From an uncultured Bacteroidales bacterium (GTDB lineage Bacteria; Bacteroidota; Bacteroidia; Bacteroidales; VadinHA17), in NCBI GenBank assembly GCA_963846335.1, contig CAWJVS010000004.1:5769-69768 (forward strand): 64,000 bases of DNA. Direction: 5' to 3'. A model generated the notes under the pieces. It saw only the letters and a list, made by a program, of their open reading frames with translations. It made no database searches and was not told the origin of the DNA. This document shows positions 52,748 through 62,349 of the stretch, in pieces (position 1 is the stretch's first letter; each line of letters opens with the position of its first letter). The position numbers and the translations under genes are program-made.

Positions 52748-53749
52748 TCACGCAAACCTCGAATAAACTATTAATACCAGCCCTATGAGGTAGCAACCAA
52801 ACATAAGACTAAGCAGGAGGTTAGTCCCTTTGGGAGCATCCTTAAATTCCTTCCATACAAAGATACCCCAGAGTGCGGCAACCACAGGTGCTGAATTGCT
52901 TAATCCATAAGATATTGCCGGGCTGGCAGCACCAACTGCCATAAAGCTTACGGAGTTTCCAAGGCACCATATTGCACCTCCAAGCATTCCAAGCAAATGT
53001 GCCTTTGAACCGCCCCTGAACCATTCCGACATTTTTACCGGCTCTCCCTGAACAGGCCTCGCCATGAAAAAAGGATTAAGAACGATAGTACAGATCAATG
53101 CACCTATGGAAAAAAACACAACAGCAGTGTATGAACTGATCTTACCCGCATCCGCCGGTGAAAAATCAGTCGCCAGCGATGATGCAACAAACCTGTAGAA
53201 GAAGGCTATGCAAAGCCCGGCAAGCAGAGAGAGCAAAATACCCTTAAGGGTTGGTTTCTTCTGATGGGCTGCAAGCTTTTTGTACGATTGCATGCTTAGC
53301 AGTATGGCTAAAATAATAAATGCGGTACCAGTGAACAGGAACAGCGGATTGCCTTCCGGCTTTCCCATGTAGTTAATCAGTATACCAAGTGTCCAGCCTA
53401 TCCCTCCCCCGATCGGAAAGGCAACTGACATACCGGCAATAGAGATCGCAGCTACAAGTAATAGGGTCCCTATATTCCAGATTACTCCTCCTACTGCAGC
53501 AGAGAGAAGATTACTCCCATCAGCCTGTTTGAGATCAGCAAGGAAACTCCTGCCCATGTTTCCCATGCTTCCGAAAGTAAAGGCCATCAGCAATGCAAAA
53601 AGCAGGATCCCTATTGAAAAATCCCAGTAATAGTGTTCAAAACGCCATTTCTTCCCTATCAGGTTTTGTGTGTTCTGCCAGGAACCCCAGCACACCATTG
53701 CCATGGCGCATAGAAAAACGGCAAGCGCATAATTCTGTACAAGTACCAT
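52748..53749 (-). CDS. GRP/DMT (ureide permease-like) sugar transporter
   Basis: about 10 TM helices, CWGSW.NT, WRFE..YWD, AGMSVAFP, SYGL...AP.VAA.WG.FVWKEF. Confidence 0.85.
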   Translation of the reverse strand: MVLVQNYALAVFLCAMAMVCWGSWQNTQNLIGKKWRFEHYYWDFSIGILLFALLMAFTFGSMGNMGRSFLADLKQADGSNLLSAAVGGVIWNIGTLLLVAAISIAGMSVAFPIGGGIGWTLGILINYMGKPEGNPLFLFTGTAFIILAILLSMQSYKKLAAHQKKPTLKGILLSLLAGLCIAFFYRFVASSLATDFSPADAGKISSYTAVVFFSIGALICTIVLNPFFMARPVQGEPVKMSEWFRGGSKAHLLGMLGGAIWCLGNSVSFMAVGAASPAISYGLSNSAPVVAALWGIFVWKEFKDAPKGTNLLLSLMFGCYLIGLVLIVYSRFA

Positions 53750-53939
53750 ATCAAATTAAATTGTTAATATAGGAATGAGTAAACTTCCATAAAGTTATAA
53801 ATATTCATCGAGTAAAAACATATAAAATGTCATTACAAAAAGTATAATTCGTTCAAATCAGAGGAGATTCCTTGCTTCGCTTTTTTTCGCACGAACTTCA
53901 AAAATAATAACAATATTGAATAGTTTTATACTTACGTCC

Positions 53940-54008
53940 ACCCCCTTCCCAGCCTTCCCCACGGGGGAAGGAGATCATTTCCCCATTGGGGGAAATACGA
54001 AAGGGGGT
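53940..54008. repeat. two-hairpin REP-like element, copy 2
   Basis: ACCCCCTTCCCAGCCTTCCCCACGGGGGAAGG..TTTCCCCATTGGGGGAAA..AAAGGGGGT. Confidence 0.85.
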
Positions 54009-54061
54009 AAGATTGAAACAATATCTTAAGATCATGAAAATGGACAAAAGAGTTATATAGT

Positions 54062-55468
54062 CTACCTGTCCCAGTATGGCCTGTACACTTTTATCATTGA
54101 AATTGAAGGGAGATCTCCTCCTGAGGAGATAATTTTCAGAATATGATCAGTATTGGGGACTCCCTGAAATAGTATCAGGCTTTTAATCCTGGATGAATCT
54201 GCCGTTGATGAGATGTAAAATATGTTGGTACTTATTGAATATGTCTTCCATTTCACTGTATCACCACTGTTTACAATAGTTTTCAATACCCCGTACGACC
54301 TGTTCAGATGCCAGTCACCCCCATTTTCGGCATCACCCTTTTTAATAATGACCCTTCCTGAACATGAAACAAAATCCTGGGATGCCCTTCCTCTCCATCC
54401 TTCCCGGTAACTGAACCGGTTATTGTGAATCTGAAATCCTCGTAAGGCGGCTCCACTCCGGTGAAGACGCAGCTCCATTCCTCATCAATCCATGGAGTGG
54501 TGTGATCCACCCTGATCATTGCCGGCAATTCCCATGGCCATACCTCACCTTTTAAATTATATGGTCGAGTCATGTAATAGGTTCCCTGGAAAGACGAAGG
54601 ATCAGATCCATCAAGAAATACCCTTGCAGAATCGTGAGGTGCAGAGGCTGATGTCCTGTATACAAGATCCACCCGGTTTCCCTTAAAAGGCAGGATAAGA
54701 GTATCATTTTTTAGATTAAGGACTTCTCTCCCTTTGTATTCAGTTAGCAGATGAAACGGATCGTCAGGAATTGAAGGTTTAAAACAGAAAAGCGGCTTAA
54801 CCAGCTCAGCCATCAGAAAATTACCATAATCATTCAGATGAATTCCATCCGATAAAAGAACGCCGGGTTCCAGATCATTGTCCTTAAGATATACTCTTCC
54901 ACGGATCACGGATATTAATCAGGTCACATTTGTATTTATCAGCAAGGGATGGAAGCAGAAAATAAGACATTGAATCACTCCACCTGTTTTCACCGATATA
55001 GTGGTCTGTCATAATAGCGACTTCAGCTGCGGTCCTGCTCCTTATTGTGCTTAGAACTGTCTCATAATCTTTAATATTCCCATAGATGTGCAGAAGTACC
55101 AGGTCAGGATAGTATGAGCTGATGTCCATCTCAACGGTCTTAAAAAGATACTGGGTTGAAAAACCTCCGATAGCTTTGTTCTCCATTATAAGGTTAGCAT
55201 CAGGAAAACGCTCCCTGACTGCCTGTTTAACCTCCAGCCACCATTCCTGTTCACTTATTGACTGACCGTAAACCAGGATCCTTACGTCATTCCTTTTCTC
55301 CGGAGTACTGTTATGAAGAAGGTTCATCGTCCGTGATGTGTATTGTCCAAGCTTTGAAGTATCAGGCAAGACCGGTATTGGGTACGTCTGGGCCGGAAGA
55401 TATCCTGCGGTTGAAACAGACCAGAAAACCAATAATAGACGGTATAGTGAAACCTTCTTAATATTCAT
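54062..55468 (-). CDS. secreted SGNH/GDSL esterase-like protein, frameshifts near 54895 and 54390
   Basis: signal peptide LPA-Q, ILVYGQSIS, NKAIGG, DGIHLN. Confidence 0.72.
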
Positions 55469-55489
55469 AATATCTTATACCGTGCTCAT

Positions 55490-56787
55490 TTACCGGACGT
55501 AAAAAGGCAGATTGGCTGTCGAAAAGTGGCCCTTGCCATCGTAAGCATAAACGAAGAGTCTGTATGCACCTGATTCTGACGGAGTCATGAAAGTGATCTT
55601 CTCAGAATGCAAAGATATAAGTCCGGGGACCGGTTCAGGCACCACCTCTCCCTGTCCTGCATATGAAGCATATTTCGCTTCAGGCCTTATCTCCCACTTA
55701 TAGGTAAGATTATCATTATCAGGATCATGCACAGTAACCCCGGCATTCTGAGCTGAATTCCTTATCCAGAACTATTTGCTGATACTCTTACATAATTACC
55801 CTATATTAAGGGAATCTACAATTGGCGCTGAATTCACCGGCTTTTTGCCTGTCCACATATTATGCATCAGTCCCACCAGGGGTGATTCAAGTCCTGTGGA
55901 ATCGAACATGCAGAACCAGGTATGGGTTGTTTCCTGTTTAAATCCATTCCAGTAGAAGACATATGATCCCAGGCAGTTCTCCTTTCTGGGAGCTGATGGC
56001 TTCATTATATTTCTTTTCGTAGCAGATATATTTCTCAAGACCTGTCTGTTCATAGGGAGCTCCCCATGTAGTTTTTCTCACCTCCCAGTATCCGTCAGGT
56101 CCCCATTCTGAAATCAGGTATGGTTTTGTCCATCCGTATTTTGCAAGGGTAACAGGCAGTGTGTAGATATCTCCGTATGTGTTAATACCAAGAAGATCAA
56201 GGTCGGGACATCTCTTTACAATATCAGCCACCTTGCCCATCATACTTGTTCCAATAACTGTCATAACAGGATGGTTCGGATCGACTTGCATGAATGGCCT
56301 TTGCTGCCTGGTTAACAGCATCCCACACTCTGGGATTGAAAGGTTCAAGCGGAGGAACAAAATCGAGTTCATTGCCGATTGCCCACATCAGTACAGCCGG
56401 ATGGTCCTTAGTGTTCTTAACAATAGATACAATCTTCTCGGTCTGTTTCCTGATCTGCTGCAGTGTCGTTATAGTCAAAGCCATAACGTTCAGCATCGGC
56501 AGGAAGATTTACAAGAGCATTCAATCCAAGGCTCCAGGCTTCATCAAGTTCCTCTTTTTGCCAGCCTGTACGGATAGAATTTCCTCCATACTCCTTCACT
56601 TTTGAGAGATACTGGTCACCTACGACACCCTTTACATAAAATGGATTTCCGTTCACTTCAAGTTTCCAGGATTTATCTGTTTTTTTAATTTTAACAGAAC
56701 TGCCTTGTCCGTCTATTTCCATGTGATGAAACAGGCAGTAACAGCAACAGGGAAAGAAATACCCTGCAATCCTTTATTCTTATGCAT
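55490..56787 (-). CDS. secreted GH2-like TIM-barrel glycoside hydrolase with Ig-like C-terminus, multiple frameshifts
   Basis: VNG.PFYVKG, GGNSIRT, DHPAVLMWAIGNE, HPVMT, GINTY, KPYL.SEWGP.GYWE, LGSYVF.W, DPD.D.LTY.W; start approximate. Confidence 0.7.
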
Positions 56788-58355
56788 ACCAGGGTCTCTC
56801 ACGTTTAATGTCACTTTTTAAAATATCACATGCAATGTTCACATCTTCAACCATCTGGAAATCATACATGCCTGCACAGACGAAATCTGCACCGTTTTCA
56901 AATGCATAGCGGAAACCATCTTTCGGATGGATAGCTCCTGCAGCCATTGTCTTGAATGCAATGAAGGGCTGAGGAAGGGATTTCATATACGCAATGGTTT
57001 CGGCCGGATTATAGCAATATATATTATCATGTTCTTCAGGATGACGTGCGGACCAGTAATTATGGTGATGAAGCGTCTTCATCCAGAAATCAGGCTCAAA
57101 TCCAGTATCGACACACGCTTTTATGGTTTCAATTTTATGAGCTCCGATTCCTGTGAGTATTCCATTCTGTCTTATCAGGTCAAGGACTTTTGCAATAGCA
57201 TCAGGTTCACCTTTTCCCATGTAATAATCAGCAGTTTCCCCCTGAATATAGCAGGCTACAGCTCCGGTATCAATTGCTTTTTTTACCTTGTCCAGATATT
57301 GATCAAAAGGCATGGCCGATGCACCCTTATCATCGTAGAGAAGTCCTGCACAATCGGAAATAAACTGTATTTTACCTATACCTCTTTTCCAGTATTCATC
57401 TATCAGTGAACACAATATCGGATTGGTGAGTAAGTGTATTTATGCCGCACTTCTCGGCCAGTAAAAGGGTTGCAAATATCTTATCTTTCTGGTGATAGGC
57501 TTTTACAAGCTGAGATACATAAATAAGATCGCGGGAATGAGCCCATCCTGAAAGCAGGTTGCCACCGAGGATGATTCTGCTGAATGGCTTGTCTTTGATA
57601 TTTGCCATTGGCACTTTACCTTTCAGTTCCTTCAGGCTGGCATTGTTAAACACCTTGGCACTGGCACCGGTAACTGAATCGACGAGGTTCTTTTCCTCAT
57701 AGCTTTCCCATTGTTTCTGCTTGAGCAGGGCATAACCAAACACACCAAGAAAAGGGAGTGTGGAGAACCCCCGGATGACTTCACGACGTCCGAGCCTTGC
57801 CATTTTCCTCCCTGGTTTCCGGCTCAGGAAGCAAACTTTTATTTTCATTCCCTTCTGCAGGAATTATTCCGGGTTTCTTCTTCTTAAGAAAAACCCCCAG
57901 TCCAATATACCTGCCTGTAGGAAAAAGAAACAGAATGAGCAATGCAAAGAACTCTACAAGATTCTTGTCAACCACAAGGTAATTCCCCTCATGAGGCACT
58001 CCGAAATCCAGCCTTGTAAGCGGAGGGTTGGCCAGCCAGAACATTGCAATAAGCACCATACCGGCAATGGCAGATGATCTGTCAAACAAACCTAAAATAA
58101 GTGTAATCCGATAATTATCAGACCCCATGTTACTGCAAAGTCAACAACTCCCAGCACTGCAGGATTGCCCGCAATCCAGTGGAAGAAACCGGAAAAGAGC
58201 CAGTTGGAAAGCAGCAGGTAATCGGCGGATGACCATGATGGAGTGAAGGCTTTGGCAATTCCCTCAAACAGGAAATGCCATCCTATGACAATCCTCAACA
58301 GGGTAAGTGCATAGAGTTTAATTTTCTCAGGCAAAGAATCTTGTTTTATCGACAT
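56780..58355 (-). CDS. DoxX family membrane protein followed by an RR-TM segment and an AKR-like barrel domain (probable fusion, frameshifted)
   Basis: LR..IGWHFLFEG..K, WSS..YL, EGNYLVVDKNLVE; then GRREVIR plus TM, SR.ILGGN...GWAHSRDL.YV, GIGAH, AFK..AAGAI.P..GF.YAF..GADF. Confidence 0.7.
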
Positions 58356-58474
58356 GAGGCATAGTTTAGGTTTAGAAAATAAAGATAATAAAACAATGAT
58401 AAAAAAAGAGTCCTATCTGTCAAAAGCATATTTAGACTTTGCACAGGTAAGAAATAATTTTACGATATCTTTTT

Positions 58475-58601
58475 TAACCACGGAGTTGCACGGAGTTAGC
58501 ACTGAGGAACACTGTCAAACCAGTAATTAACGAGTCTGTTAATTCAGGACATAATTCTCTCCGTGTATTACTCCGTGAAACTCAGTGAATCTCCGTGGTT
58601 A
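58475..58601. repeat. palindromic element with 4x CAC(G/T)GAG per arm
   Basis: TAACCACGGAG-TTG-CACGGAG-TTAG-CACTGAG-GAA-CACTG ... CTCCGTG/CTCCGTG/CTCAGTG/CTCCGTGGTTA. Confidence 0.85.
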
Positions 58602-60550
58602 TTAATAAATCCTTCAAGAAAATTTATACTATATGGCCCTGCCACCAATGGCTCTTCAGCGTATGAGACTTTTTGCCAGTCCTTTTCAATCCATCTGAAA
58701 TCAGTTGAAGCAAGGACATAGGATTCCGTATTGAGTATTTTAGTTTTGATCTCACCTGACAATTCCGGAATCAGTACAGTCTGATTCGTGGGAGTAAAAT
58801 TTGCCACTGCCATTTTAAGCCGGCGGCCATCTGTAAGAGCCAGGCAATCTGCTGCCAATGGTATGGATGATCTGCTCCGGATCAATCTGAAAGACTTTTC
58901 TTTAAGAAGCCATCTGAAGAGGTGATATACCGGAAAGATCATGTTCTTAACTGTTTTGAACTGTTCCGGCCATCCCGAATCAAAATCACCCTGAATGATG
59001 CCCCTTTCCCCTGCTGTTTCATAAAAGGTGATCCCCTTCACTCCTGTTTCACCAAGATATTTCAGACTGCCTGTCGTCCATCCCGCGCCAAAGAGCGACA
59101 TCTGACGCGTGTCGACCGGGGATGGCATTGACTGGCATATCTTTATTGACTCAAAATTTTCAATATTGGCATTGAATCTTCGTTGTATGTTTACAGGAGA
59201 AACCATTATATCCATTCCCCCGGAATAATACCCGGCACTTCTGACGGAGTCTGACTGAGCCCTCAGATTCTCAATGAGTGTCGAATTATCAGAAGCATGC
59301 TCCTGCGGATGAACAGAATAGCATATCTGATCAATGTACCCGGAGGATGGAAAATTCCCGTTCAACTGTGCGAAATTCGCATTTGTTCCGCAGGCAATCC
59401 GGACATGCGGTAAAACCTGTTTTAATTTTGGAGCAATTAAATCCGTAAGTTGAAGAGGTGTTACAGCTTCAGCCTTATGAAACAGGCTGATGACTGATAC
59501 TCCGGGTTTCCGCGCAGCAATCCAGGCTAAAAGATCATGAGACTGTCTTATGAAATTCTCATCAAAGAACAGGGCAAGCTCGAGGGGAAATTTTAGTTTT
59601 ATCGCTTCTGCTGCAGCTTCGTCAGCTTCCTTTCTCCAGTCAGGCTTAAACAGGTAGAGATCAACCCGGTAGTGATCGAAGTTTAAGTCTTTAATAACTC
59701 TGATCTCAGTGTCGCTCAGAGGGACTGATCTTGTCGACCGGCCTATACCAATTGAAGCCATGCTGAAATTCATCTCAGGCGTGAGAGAGATCATGATCTT
59801 ATCATTTTCCGGGATGGTGCCTTCGATGCCAGATTCAACTTTCAGCTCAATTTTCTGACTGATTTTCTGCCCTTTTCTGACCGTTACAGGACATGGAAGG
59901 TTTTGAGGGGTACAATATGTTTTGTAAGAATCATCCGTCCAGTTGCGCTGATCCTCGGTCTCAAAGATATCACCGGAAAAGATCAGCTTACAGGCGATAT
60001 CATCGTATTTCCATTTCATTGCTTTAATATCCAGAAATGGCTGGTCCGGATGTATATAAACAGGGAACGTCAGGGTTTCAGCAGTGTCATCACTGTGAAC
60101 TATTAAACATTGTTTTCCCGCAAACCATTCGGCAGGATGCAAAACACAGAACCCTATGCGGCTTTTTTCAAATGCAGTCATCGCTTCACCTTCAAAACCG
60201 AATACAAGGCTACTATCAGCAAACCCCTCAATGGAATAACCGGCTAAGAAATCTATCTCTTCAGACTGGTACCTGCACTTATAAGTTATTCTGAAGGAAT
60301 CGGCATAAGTATCAATTTTTTCATCAGTTATTACCGGTTTTATAGTCAGCCATTCCCTGTCGCGGACAGCTGAATATATCATCCTTATCAATTCGCAGTT
60401 TCCCGACGAGATATACCTCAGGTTTCCGTTCTCATAAATCATTGAGAGTGTGCCAGCCTTCAGGTTGATCCGCCGGTCGTTCTCCAAATGGTTGCCATGC
60501 CATTTTGTTTCCATTCCGAGGGAATCAGAAAATTCAGTTAGAGAGGTCAT
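58568..60550 (-). CDS. apnL: D-apionate lactonase
   Basis: L.AG.LS..YENG.LRYI, IY.AVRD..W.T, R.GFCVLHP, I.P.QPF.D, FETEDQRNWTD.S.KTY..P, F.QLN, PQ.HA.D..., D.RQ..LFGA.W; apiose context. Confidence 0.78.
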   Translation of the reverse strand: MTSLTEFSDSLGMETKWHGNHLENDRRINLKAGTLSMIYENGNLRYISSGNCELIRMIYSAVRDREWLTIKPVITDEKIDTYADSFRITYKCRYQSEEIDFLAGYSIEGFADSSLVFGFEGEAMTAFEKSRIGFCVLHPAEWFAGKQCLIVHSDDTAETLTFPVYIHPDQPFLDIKAMKWKYDDIACKLIFSGDIFETEDQRNWTDDSYKTYCTPQNLPCPVTVRKGQKISQKIELKVESGIEGTIPENDKIMISLTPEMNFSMASIGIGRSTRSVPLSDTEIRVIKDLNFDHYRVDLYLFKPDWRKEADEAAAEAIKLKFPLELALFFDENFIRQSHDLLAWIAARKPGVSVISLFHKAEAVTPLQLTDLIAPKLKQVLPHVRIACGTNANFAQLNGNFPSSGYIDQICYSVHPQEHASDNSTLIENLRAQSDSVRSAGYYSGGMDIMVSPVNIQRRFNANIENFESIKICQSMPSPVDTRQMSLFGAGWTTGSLKYLGETGVKGITFYETAGERGIIQGDFDSGWPEQFKTVKNMIFPVYHLFRWLLKEKSFRLIRSRSSIPLAADCLALTDGRRLKMAVANFTPTNQTVLIPELSGEIKTKILNTESYVLASTDFRWIEKDWQKVSYAEEPLVAGPYSINFLEGFINNHGDSLSFTE

Positions 60551-60631
60551 TTTTACTGGTTGTTAAATTCAGAATATAAGATTACGAAGTTATTCCCCGC
60601 TTGATTTTAAATTTTCATGGAGTTGTTTATT

Positions 60632-62299
60632 TTACCATTTTTTTTCTCCGATGATCAGAACCCATGGTTTTGAATCAGGAGCCCTGTATTCGAGCTTTTT
60701 CCCTGTTAAGCCTGCTTCAATTATCTCCCCGTTTGCCGGATTGAACCATCGGTAAGGTAGATTGTCAGGGAGAGTTTTTAGCTTTATTTCGCCCCCGTTT
60801 TCGAGGTAAGTGATATAGAAGGAATCCTCTCTGGCAAGCATTAACCTGTTGCCTTCTGTAAGATCGGACCGCTTCTCCATATCAGTAAAATCATAACCGT
60901 CAAATGCTTTTGAGACAAAACCTGCATAGCTGCTGCCCTTCTGAATCATTGCTTCTTTCCATGACATTGGCGCATCTGTCCATACCTCCCAGCCCGGTTC
61001 ATCGGATGTGATCTTCCACTGCCACAGGCAAACTGCTCCGTAGACAATACCCATGGTTCCTCCGTGCATCAGCTGGTTCCATGCCTCCTCTCCCTGCCAC
61101 CAGCCAAGTCCGTTTTTACCACCTCCCATTCCCTCATAGGTTGGTTCTCCGTTAAGTCCGGCTTTGACAGGTTTATTATCGTACATCCTTTCCACTTTAT
61201 GGTAGAGATGTTTTCCGTCGTGTCCTGTCTGAGCCCATTGAAAATCGAGCCACTCTTCATCCTGGTGCGACCTGTTAAAGTGGAAACCTTTTGAGCTGTC
61301 TCCATTTGCCCAGGATGGAAGAAAGTCGTCTGCGGGACTATAGTGTATTCCTGCAGGCTGATGGTAATAATCCCATTTTTCTATCATCTCCCCTCCAGGT
61401 TTTACGCCGGGGTCCATGCCATGGCTGTCACCGCTTACAAGCCATAAAGCAGGCATGCTGCCGTAACGCGCAACCAGATATTTACAATACCGGGCATATT
61501 CAACAGGATCAGCCAGGGGCCCCAGAACGGTTTTGCCCTTCCAGCCGAATCCATGGAATACAGGCTGATATACGGGTACAATCCCATGGTCAACAAGTAT
61601 CATTATGATTGAATCGAGGTATTGGAAATAGTCGGGGTTAAGCTTGTTGAGATGTCCCTCATGCAAATCAGCAAAGCCTCGGGTGAATCCGGTCAGGGTA
61701 TTTCTTTTCTCAGGTCCCTCAGCGTACATATCCGGCTGAACACTCATGAGGAGTGCAGTATTAAAACCCTTTTTGCTTCTGTCTTCAGCATATTCTTCAA
61801 CCTGGTCTGTCGTTGCCCTGAATGGTATCGACCATGGTGTATCACCAACAACCAGGAATGGTTTTCCGTCAGCATGTATTACATTCCTTTTCCCGGGTGA
61901 CATCCTTAGAAGTCCATGATTCAGAAGTTTGTTTGTGCCGGTGTAAGCCACTGACTTTATTGAACCTGTTTTGCCGGCAAGTCCTTTATCCCCGGGTATT
62001 GAAAATGTAGTCCAGGTCCAGACTGAGCCTGTATCCGGAGGAGCAAATCTGATTTTCCAACTGTTGCCGCCATCCCAGAATGCAGGTCTTACAATTGTAT
62101 CTCCTTCCCCGTTATAAAAATCAGCCCATACCTCAAGATTGGCATATTGATTCTGATAACTTCCTGAGCTACTCAGAAATATTTCATATGAATTCCATTG
62201 TGGTACTTCGTATGGAATATCTGATTTCTTACATTTTGTAAATGCAAGAAAAACCGTCATCAGGACGAAGGTCAAAAAAGTCCTTCCTATACTTTTCAT
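60632..62299 (-). CDS. DUF5060/DUF4038 GH140-like (apiosidase-like) lipoprotein
   Basis: FTKC lipobox, PAFWDGG..WKIRFAP, HADG.PF..VGDT.W, R..KGFN, WLVSGD, QTGH, NGEP.YE, WFNP..G. Confidence 0.8.
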   Translation of the reverse strand: MKSIGRTFLTFVLMTVFLAFTKCKKSDIPYEVPQWNSYEIFLSSSGSYQNQYANLEVWADFYNGEGDTIVRPAFWDGGNSWKIRFAPPDTGSVWTWTTFSIPGDKGLAGKTGSIKSVAYTGTNKLLNHGLLRMSPGKRNVIHADGKPFLVVGDTPWSIPFRATTDQVEEYAEDRSKKGFNTALLMSVQPDMYAEGPEKRNTLTGFTRGFADLHEGHLNKLNPDYFQYLDSIIMILVDHGIVPVYQPVFHGFGWKGKTVLGPLADPVEYARYCKYLVARYGSMPALWLVSGDSHGMDPGVKPGGEMIEKWDYYHQPAGIHYSPADDFLPSWANGDSSKGFHFNRSHQDEEWLDFQWAQTGHDGKHLYHKVERMYDNKPVKAGLNGEPTYEGMGGGKNGLGWWQGEEAWNQLMHGGTMGIVYGAVCLWQWKITSDEPGWEVWTDAPMSWKEAMIQKGSSYAGFVSKAFDGYDFTDMEKRSDLTEGNRLMLAREDSFYITYLENGGEIKLKTLPDNLPYRWFNPANGEIIEAGLTGKKLEYRAPDSKPWVLIIGEKKW

Positions 62300-62349
62300 A
62301 TTTGATAATATATAATTATGTCAATTTCGTACAAATTTCCTGTAAAACT

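Noticed and set aside
53828-53890. Possible degenerate REP remnant (TGTCATT...GAGATTCCTTGCTTCGCT)
   Set aside because: Only partial resemblance, no closing inverted arm, single copy here
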